A DNA stretch of 64,000 bases from a virus. Location of the stretch: the IMG/VR virus record IMGVR_UViG_3300030333_008051, positions 1 to 64,000 of that record; one strand, given 5' to 3'. Each line of letters opens with the position of its first letter. The first letter of the stretch is position 1. Position numbers and translations under genes: made by a program. The notes beneath the pieces are model-generated. The model was given only the letters and a program-made list of their open reading frames with translations, had not been told where the DNA came from and did no database searches. Positions 57,701-64,000 of the stretch are shown here, in pieces.

Positions 57701-60130
57701 TGCAAGAGCTCTAGCAGTGCCACGAGTTGACTCTTCTATAAAGAGTCTTTGCCTTGTCATAGCATCAGCTTCAAAAAAGTTCGTACTTTTTAGACCTTTT
57801 TCAATATTCAAATTTATTGTATCTCTTAGCTTTCTCGGGTCAGCTCCTGCAATTAAGCTTGCACCCCCTATCATCTGGTTAGCTAAAAATGCTGGTGCTT
57901 TCTTTAACATTGAACCCTCTGTAAGCATCAAATTAGATTGACCGATATTTGCTTGTGCAAGAAGTTGCGTAGCAGAGCGATTGCCTATACGCATATTTCC
58001 AAAACGATTCATAACATTTTCGTTTATTCCTTTCACAGTACCTTTAAAGAGCATTCCAAAAACTTTTGCATGTGGAGACTCGACAGTGTATGAGCCAGAA
58101 AAATGCAATAATTGTTTTCCTGCCGCATCAGTTACTTCTGATAATCCAATATCCAAAGACTTCATTCCTGCCCATCTTTGCACACCTATTTCAGCCATAT
58201 TCTCGCCAAAGCCAAGCAGCCCAACGCCACCTTTCTTTCCACCAAATGCAGCAAAAAATTCATCTACAGAGCCAATTGTCTTACCCTTGTTGATTCCAGT
58301 TAAAATAGTAGTTGATTGACCGCCTCCAATTTGTAACCTCATGCCTCTTTGTCTGCGTTCTACTAACTCATTCAACAATTGAGTAGACATTTTCTTATGT
58401 CCAAAAACAGTTGGATCCACGACAGTCTTTGTGAACTCATTAGCAACTAAGGGTCCAGCTCCTCTTGAGCCCATGTAGGCTTCGCCTTCCCCAAGTCCAA
58501 ATCTGGCCACATCCCCTACGTCAAGAACAACAGCTTTCTGCATACCGCCACTAACAACGCCATCTGCAAATTCCAGATTTTGTCCAAACTGTTGAACAAC
58601 ATTTCCAACGCCAAAAGTTGAGCCAACTGGATTTAGGGGATTGTTTACAAACATACCCTTCCTTCCCAATATTTGTTTTTCACGAGCAACTACTGGCAAA
58701 AGTGTCCTGTCCATTACACCACCTATTGGCCTAACTGCAGATAGAGAGCCACCCTGCCCCAAGCTTAAAGAAAAATATGCACTATCATTTGCAAGAAGAT
58801 TCACCATTGGATCTCCTGAAGCATCAAGGAGACCCTTAGAGCCAGCTGCTAAAGCAGCTCTCATTGTTCTTTGCTCATTCATAGTTAAGTTTTGCGCATT
58901 AGTAAACATTATCTGCGCATTATTTAGTGCTAGATTTGATTGCATATGTGCGCCCATAACGCCACCAACTCTTTCTGCTCTAGACATTTGTGTACTTAAA
59001 TCTGTTAGCGCACTATGGAAGTGTTTCGGCTTTATATTGGCAGCTCCATGTTTTGCTGATAAAGTCTCAAAAGTTCTTAATCCAGCTTCAACAGCATCAA
59101 AGAAAACACCCTTGCTGCCCTTTCTCATCTCTTCTGCTATCATAGCTTGAGTGAGCGGCTTATTTAATCTTATTGTTTTTTCAGCAACACCTGCAGCATC
59201 AGCAAAAATTTGTGGGGTTACGTAGGTGGTCGTTCCTTGACCACCTCTGAAAACTCCAATCTTACCCAACCCTTTAGTTCCTCCCTGGACAGCATCAGCC
59301 ATTTGTAGCGGCACGCTTATAAAGCCAGTACCAGCCAAACCCCTGTTCGCTTGTTGAGCGTTTCTGAAAACTCTAGCATAAATACCCTGTCCCGTAGCTT
59401 CCTGAAGACTGTATAGTCGAATCCTACTATCTGCACCCTCACCTATTGCTGCTCTCAGTCGGTTTAGCCCTGATTTTGTTGCATCATTTAAATCGTTGTA
59501 AGATATGGGGTTGTAGTTCGGACTCAACCCTTTTAAATTTATATTTGGTGGACCCGACAATACGTTTGAGTAAGTATCTAATTGTTGAAAAAGTCTACTT
59601 GCTTGCCTCTTGGTATCATCGCTTCCTGTTTCCAGAATAGTATTCATTATGTTGCTTACAAGTTTTTCTTCTTCTTCAATAGCTCCAGCTATTTCTTTAT
59701 CCATCAATTCAAGCAATTGTTCTTTGACAGTACCTTTCAACGATGCTTCTGTAGCGTCTGAAGAATCTAGCAATTCGAGAGTTGCCCCTATCACTTGCTT
59801 TCTTGTTTCAGCACTTTCTTGAAGCATTCTTCTAATTTCACCACCACTAATTAAACTTTCACGAAGCTGCTCAGCTCTTTTCTGTGTTGCGCGAAGTTGA
59901 GTTTCTTGTAATCTTCTTAAGTTGTTGCCAACCTGTACGTTGGCTCCACGTATTCCAGTATTTAAATTAGACATAGATAGCGACTGGTTAGACATTATGC
60001 GATTAATACCTATACCAGCACCAACAATCATGGGTGCAATTCCTATAGCTTTACCAACCAAAGAAGTTGCTATTCCAGCATCTTTGGTTACCTTATTTTT
60101 TAGATCGTTAGGGTCATCGTAAAAAGGCAT
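54740..60130 (-). CDS. Candidate single-chain two-barrel (virion) DNA-dependent RNA polymerase, 1796 aa
   Basis: Ordered motifs GEGEAY (~548), KVFGMLFKG (K689/K696), FKNLLRGKLRGS (~1093), MRHPQL (R1243), GDFDGD (D1369-D1373; nt 56012-56026). Confidence 0.7.
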   Translation of the reverse strand: MPFYDDPNDLKNKVTKDAGIATSLVGKAIGIAPMIVGAGIGINRIMSNQSLSMSNLNTGIRGANVQVGNNLRRLQETQLRATQKRAEQLRESLISGGEIRRMLQESAETRKQVIGATLELLDSSDATEASLKGTVKEQLLELMDKEIAGAIEEEEKLVSNIMNTILETGSDDTKRQASRLFQQLDTYSNVLSGPPNINLKGLSPNYNPISYNDLNDATKSGLNRLRAAIGEGADSRIRLYSLQEATGQGIYARVFRNAQQANRGLAGTGFISVPLQMADAVQGGTKGLGKIGVFRGGQGTTTYVTPQIFADAAGVAEKTIRLNKPLTQAMIAEEMRKGSKGVFFDAVEAGLRTFETLSAKHGAANIKPKHFHSALTDLSTQMSRAERVGGVMGAHMQSNLALNNAQIMFTNAQNLTMNEQRTMRAALAAGSKGLLDASGDPMVNLLANDSAYFSLSLGQGGSLSAVRPIGGVMDRTLLPVVAREKQILGRKGMFVNNPLNPVGSTFGVGNVVQQFGQNLEFADGVVSGGMQKAVVLDVGDVARFGLGEGEAYMGSRGAGPLVANEFTKTVVDPTVFGHKKMSTQLLNELVERRQRGMRLQIGGGQSTTILTGINKGKTIGSVDEFFAAFGGKKGGVGLLGFGENMAEIGVQRWAGMKSLDIGLSEVTDAAGKQLLHFSGSYTVESPHAKVFGMLFKGTVKGINENVMNRFGNMRIGNRSATQLLAQANIGQSNLMLTEGSMLKKAPAFLANQMIGGASLIAGADPRKLRDTINLNIEKGLKSTNFFEADAMTRQRLFIEESTRGTARALAKSGKAIPDELIGMVFAGAWKSMSGLGKEGEDAFAGILEGEFGKGQASRIMAASRQGLALGLTTLTPGPQSAEYRRNLASMEPRTYQFLQHRLQNMMGLPTDTVSDFMTSVIARKAGTDRELKVMEGLTRMTSSIAGNTKLLEQSRYEKLEKVAYDEFIKHGDTEESMKAFLRQDRFKGGGGFMLDFGPSGSSTRIAAQNAFGHGGGFFVAGGDVIDLMKGTEIPGREGNIKIEAEYIRRVTRFANDIALVSQTGAMSAEAGAKAQQAVGSFKNDMAEIWATGFKNLLRGKLRGSAMAVGQSISLGGMTTGMLSGVEVSEEGKALLQDYRSGVNKTIGSQAVASWEYNAEQLARARGAVSHVKGRAAFAETETFLSAMNEFISGEKASIQAISPDAPSPRAAAAKDAGEIFRRFFIGMEGGTAGFLGSDALAMRHPQLGPGHIAPAAIFRHAAEVGYGSDDATFKAFARTAEGVQALEDLQKHTKRKISSFADIANLDQKGNRRSISRFFTSMAENITSYSSGEGGGRLLFPSMEVGVHYGQLGAARRLDLSMAAGMIGDFDGDLYQLMFPGRKMRKSFHQMSEQVIEQDLIHRTQTRIMVEESKQGIKNLGKMLSTGEGLSAARFVYEDAIKERIAKDVGRFDVALDQLRIGIVNTTAGAEKIAMHQQALALLTAVEEVGIKAKKLPRGIEITRAGEEALKTFISSAGQKAEPLETFIKSYVFGGTELAKGATTIHGVDVSGIADAATRRKIGASLSGMRLDLQGSFDVMRTAAVTAKDIGIEGTKTVRRLSSLAQMDTGQKLRLWNSAVYEAGAVQGAFLQGEQTSLSKLSSHLHKGSQMIQKASNAFSSTKMVGPLALGAAASLGLGALLGDSGYSPTPLIQPGEFSDARVQASIMSGTATDRHIPPDSLPVGRESEMMNRPINIGTARVSKDNAYMMRGEIVNRNSMYDIMGVLSRTGSNGSIIINDTRRPITKQYIDRVSGE

Positions 60131-60131
60131 A

Positions 60132-63100
60132 CTAGTCTCCTCTTAAAACACTAAGTATTCCACTCGTTATCTCTTCATTTCTATCATCATTCATATAAAA
60201 ACTTCCATGACCTCTAGAGTAAAAACTATTATAACTGTGAGCACTTGATTGATTTGGACTTCTTACTTGAAAAGCATTTCTTCCCGCACTGTACAATTGG
60301 CCAGCAACACTGAATGGATCAGGACCTGGAACATCGTGCAAAAATTGTTCTGAGTCTTGCAGATAATTCTTTCTTGCAAGCTGTCTTCTTTGAGAATGCC
60401 AATAGCCATACTCGTGAAGATCTTTTCCAAGAGAATCAATATACCTTAACTCAACATCATCTATGTTAACATCTTCACGCCACCCAATCCAATCTTCACT
60501 TGGCATTGGATTGTTATAGTTATACTCTTGTAAGTTATGGAATTGTCTATTTAAATGCTGTTCTGAAACCGAGGCTATAGAGCCGGTATAAAGTGTTGGA
60601 TCGCCTTGATCTAATCTACTCCAAATCGTTTGGTATAAGTGCGCTTGATCAGAAGGGATCATTTGTAAAATCCGTTCACGCTCACCTTCGGAAGCCATAC
60701 TAAAAGCATCGAAAAACTTTTTCTCTGATTCGGGTAACGTCATATATATAGACATTGCGCTAGATTGAGGATTTACGCCGTATCTAGTTCTATTAGCTCT
60801 TGCCAAATGCATTCTTTTAGCTTTATTATCACCTCTGGCTTGTGCTTGTGTTGCTAACATCATTTGTTTTTGAAATTCTAATTTATCAAAATATTCTTGT
60901 TGCGCATCAGCCTCTACTCTCCAACCGGGTTTACCTTCGTAACCTAAGAAATTTGCAGCACTAGAGAAAGCAGGTCTAAACCAATCTCTTACTGGCTTAT
61001 CCCAGAAGGCAAACTGACTACCATAAAGTCGTTTATATTCATAATCTTCTATAGGGTCTCTATCAGACATGAGCTTCTGTACTGGTCTGAATCCGCCAGG
61101 AATCATATACTCTACAGGTGCAACTGCTTTTCTAACAAACCTTTGAGCTCTTTGTTGAGCGTCCTGGGTGACGTTTGAAATAAAAGGAAGCTCTAATGCA
61201 TTTGGATGAACTCTGTCATAATCTGGAGTCATTCTTTCATTGTAAAGTCTATCTGTTGCATCCATTAAGGCGTTTTCTGATTCAGTAGTTATGCCTTCCA
61301 TTCTTCTTCTGTACATGGTCTGGCGCAATCTTCTGAATTCTTTAGATTGTGCGGCTACATCTGCTAAGATAGCGTACTTATAGATGTCTGGATATTCTTC
61401 CATTGACATCCCTTTCAATACTGGATTTATCGCTTCATAGCCTGCTCCAGGTAAACGTAGGTGGCCGGCTTCTATGTTTCTGTAAGGATCTCCATATTTA
61501 AATCTGTCTGGCAACCAATGAGGCATTCTGTTCGTTAGAGGGTTGTACTCTTCTATTTCAGTACGCTTTCTTGGAAGAAAGCGTCTAACTGCCTCTGTCA
61601 TGAAAAATCCACCACCTAAATTCATATCCCAAAACGCTTCTCCTGGATCAGTAATAGATCCAGCGCTAGCCATAACTGGTCTTTGAGTTCCAAAATTTTC
61701 TAAACCAGTTAGAGATTTCTGGACCATATTCTTTGCCCAACCAGTCAGACCTTCAAGCTCTCTAAATTGATATTGCATTTCTCCAGCTACATAGCCGGCA
61801 CTAAAAGGTGAATACGGAACTCCTGGAGTTCTTCCTCCGAGACCAATCTCTGGACCGTTAACTTCTGGTTTATGCAAAAACTCTATTGTTCCATCAGGTC
61901 CAGGTCGCATATACTCGCTTGTATGCATAAGCTTTGGCGGCTTAACTACCCTACCTATAGTAGCTGCTAATAACCTGCCTACCACTGGAACATCTTCGAA
62001 TGCGGCACCCGTTATAGGGTAGGGTCGACTGTAATAGTTTGACTCTTCTAAATAGTAAGTAAAGTTCTTAAGAAAGAATTTTCTAATAGGAGATATTTCA
62101 TCTTCATTCGGTCCCCATGCTGCTTTTTGTCTGGATCTTGTCATCATGGCGACGTAAGCGTGGGGCCTGTGATACTTGATGTCAGCACCTTCAAAAGGCG
62201 TACCCCCACCTTCCCACCATCTACCTCTTTTTACTTCGACTGATTTTTTACCACTGTAGATAGCAGACAGCTCTGCTGGACCTTCCATGCTGCCAAATAA
62301 TGCTCCAGTAAGCAGCTGGTGCAACCCGAAGGCGCCAGCAAATATAGTACCTACCCTTCCAAGTCTATTTTTAAATCCATGTCTTTGAAAAGCTCCTGTT
62401 TCTCCAAGCAGTGCCTCCCCAGTTAAACTTGCCCCAAATAAAGCATGCGTAAATTTAGCTCTAAAGCCTGAAACGCCTTTAGCTACCCTGTTCGCAAAAG
62501 TAGCTGGTTTTTCAGCATAAGAGCGTCCAATTTCATCTAGTTTTTCTGCTAAGGCTTTGTTTACTATATTGTCGTTTTGCCAACGCTCTCCTTGTTTCTT
62601 GACGGATGCTTCAAAAGCAAAATGCAACTCTCTCAGCATATCGTCTGCGTATGGCATTCCACCTTGTTTAAGAGCCTCATTGTACAAATGGCCATACAAC
62701 CTAGTTCTTTTCATTCTGGTTCTAAGGTCTGCAGGCTCACTAATCCCAAGAGTATCTTTTACAAACCCCCTGTCAAAACGAGGCTTTCCGTCCTTATCAG
62801 TTAGGAAGGTCTTGAGGGGACCTTCATCTTCAACCTTTCCACTAAACATTAAATCGAACAGAACTTCGCCTTGAGTGGTGCTTAAAGATTTTGGCAGCTG
62901 GTTGAATTGAGCGTTTATCATTGATTGCCCAAGACCGATTGATTGCCTTCCTTCTTTTGTCATCCTTCTGAAAACCATACCAGGCAGTCCGCCACGAGTA
63001 ATGAAGTCTGGCATAGTGGCAATACTTAGAGCTACACCTGCAAGGGCACCTGTTTTCCAATCGCTAATTCCTGGAAGCAAACCCTCTAGGGTTTGCCTGT

Positions 63101-64000
63101 AGTAGTTCATTCCAGTTACAGCACCTATACCAGCCATCGCTACGTGGGCTTTTGTGGCAGTTGTGGCTACTCCTGGAATGATCCCTTCATCAAAGCCGGG
63201 CAGAACCATCTGACCAAAAAAAGAAGCAACACCAACGGCAAATGCACTTCTTGGTGAACCAGATTTCTTAACTTTATTAAAAAGGTAGGCTGCTCCAGCT
63301 GATACTCCACCAGCTACAAGCATGTCTCCAGGCAACCCGAAGTTTCTACGAGCCCAGTCTGCTTGCTGAACGCCCATGTACAATGCACCGATTTGTGCCG
63401 CTTTACCTCCATACCTAAAGAACATATCTAGGGGTTTGCCGGATTGCACTTGCATCCGGAAACCCGTTTTATCTGCAAGAGTTTTAGAAAGATTATCTAG
63501 GAATGGTATTTCTTCTATGAGCCTGTTAAATCGCTCCATTCCAAAAGCAGCAGGTACGCCAGCATAAGCGACTGCAAGCCTTTTAGCACTCATCGTGCTA
63601 GTTGCTTCTAATGGGATCGGGGCAAATCCGGCTCTATGTTTAAACTCTCCACCTTGCTTATCAAATACTGCAAAAACTCCATCAGCTTTTGTTCTTGCAG
63701 CAACACCCCACTGTTCAGTCAATCCAAGCGATTGCATTACAGAATAAAAAGCGGTATTGACACTCTTGTGTTTTGACAGTCTTGCTTGTGCTGTTGAGTC
63801 TTTTATTATTTGGGCTTCGTATGGAGCTGTTTCAAAAAGCGCTACCTTGTTGGATAAGGTTTTCCACTCACCACCAGGGGCGGCATCTCCAAGCTTAGGT
63901 TCTACTCTTCTTCCTAGTAGTTTTCCAGTACTCTTGCCAGCTACGTCTTGTTCGTACCTGAGCTCAATGCCCGCTCCATCTAGGCCAACCCCTAGAGATT
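60132..64000 (-). CDS. Tape-measure-like / ejected protein, 5'-truncated by the window (>1280 aa)
   Basis: Frame is open from the window end through 63737. Helical, Gly/Ala-rich with several TM-like segments; motifs VKRGRWWEGGGTPFEG and GDPY..IEAGHLRLPGAGYE; located upstream of the hub gene. Confidence 0.6.
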   Translation of the reverse strand, partial: SLGVGLDGAGIELRYEQDVAGKSTGKLLGRRVEPKLGDAAPGGEWKTLSNKVALFETAPYEAQIIKDSTAQARLSKHKSVNTAFYSVMQSLGLTEQWGVAARTKADGVFAVFDKQGGEFKHRAGFAPIPLEATSTMSAKRLAVAYAGVPAAFGMERFNRLIEEIPFLDNLSKTLADKTGFRMQVQSGKPLDMFFRYGGKAAQIGALYMGVQQADWARRNFGLPGDMLVAGGVSAGAAYLFNKVKKSGSPRSAFAVGVASFFGQMVLPGFDEGIIPGVATTATKAHVAMAGIGAVTGMNYYRQTLEGLLPGISDWKTGALAGVALSIATMPDFITRGGLPGMVFRRMTKEGRQSIGLGQSMINAQFNQLPKSLSTTQGEVLFDLMFSGKVEDEGPLKTFLTDKDGKPRFDRGFVKDTLGISEPADLRTRMKRTRLYGHLYNEALKQGGMPYADDMLRELHFAFEASVKKQGERWQNDNIVNKALAEKLDEIGRSYAEKPATFANRVAKGVSGFRAKFTHALFGASLTGEALLGETGAFQRHGFKNRLGRVGTIFAGAFGLHQLLTGALFGSMEGPAELSAIYSGKKSVEVKRGRWWEGGGTPFEGADIKYHRPHAYVAMMTRSRQKAAWGPNEDEISPIRKFFLKNFTYYLEESNYYSRPYPITGAAFEDVPVVGRLLAATIGRVVKPPKLMHTSEYMRPGPDGTIEFLHKPEVNGPEIGLGGRTPGVPYSPFSAGYVAGEMQYQFRELEGLTGWAKNMVQKSLTGLENFGTQRPVMASAGSITDPGEAFWDMNLGGGFFMTEAVRRFLPRKRTEIEEYNPLTNRMPHWLPDRFKYGDPYRNIEAGHLRLPGAGYEAINPVLKGMSMEEYPDIYKYAILADVAAQSKEFRRLRQTMYRRRMEGITTESENALMDATDRLYNERMTPDYDRVHPNALELPFISNVTQDAQQRAQRFVRKAVAPVEYMIPGGFRPVQKLMSDRDPIEDYEYKRLYGSQFAFWDKPVRDWFRPAFSSAANFLGYEGKPGWRVEADAQQEYFDKLEFQKQMMLATQAQARGDNKAKRMHLARANRTRYGVNPQSSAMSIYMTLPESEKKFFDAFSMASEGERERILQMIPSDQAHLYQTIWSRLDQGDPTLYTGSIASVSEQHLNRQFHNLQEYNYNNPMPSEDWIGWREDVNIDDVELRYIDSLGKDLHEYGYWHSQRRQLARKNYLQDSEQFLHDVPGPDPFSVAGQLYSAGRNAFQVRSPNQSSAHSYNSFYSRGHGSFYMNDDRNEEITSGILSVLRGD

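Noticed and set aside
54740-60130. Plain tape-measure protein with a chance DFDGD
   Set aside because: Four additional RNAP-like motifs occur in the correct order, which makes chance unlikely. Structural confirmation is still needed.
8700-63600. Numerous 60-170 aa plus-strand ORFs (e.g. 39363-39596, 54533-55015, 57513-57941, 58641-59150) and short off-frame minus-strand ORFs
   Set aside because: They are antisense or frame shadows of long coupled genes and show no recognisable motifs.
63737-63737. ATG at 63737 as the start of the last gene
   Set aside because: The frame stays open to the window end, so the gene starts outside the window.
1-64000. Stop-codon reassignment, introns/inteins, reverse transcriptase/DGR, tRNA genes
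   Set aside because: The standard code gives near-complete coding density with all three stops used. No intein, RT or cloverleaf signatures were noticed, and intergenic gaps are mostly too short. This was by eye only.

Overview
Gene-dense, AT-rich (roughly 35-40% GC by eye), standard-code segment of a large tailed dsDNA bacteriophage genome with a contractile-tail (myovirus-type) baseplate. No tRNA, rRNA, CRISPR array or IS was seen. (1) 1-6211 (+) is a non-structural operon: end of a probable DnaB-type helicase, cupin, membrane protein, Cas4/RecB-like Fe-S protein, Vsr-like nuclease, ClpP-like protease, Hjc-type resolvase, sigma-like protein, small basic and coiled-coil proteins. (2) 6195-8563 is a small divergently transcribed cassette with two host-type lipoproteins (vWA/MIDAS and TlpA-like thioredoxin). 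(3) 8564-13863 (-) is a cluster of four glycosyltransferase genes plus a HAD phosphatase at the end of the structural operon. (4) 13879-64000 (-) is the tail/baseplate module: fibres, baseplate J and gp25-like wedge proteins, a 3388-aa M23-peptidase/hub protein, and a tape-measure-like protein cut by the window edge. Two observations stand out. First, the 1796-aa tail-module protein (54740-60130) carries beta- and beta'-type two-barrel RNA polymerase motifs in order (K-x6-KG, NLLRGK, RHP, DFDGD), so it is a candidate single-chain virion RNA polymerase encoded beside the tape measure gene. Second, the 1471-aa protein (34957-39372) is built from ten copies of one ~110-aa domain that are nested inside one another like balanced parentheses (a branched 'Russian doll') instead of arranged in tandem. 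All assignments come from motif recognition by eye; no database searches were run.
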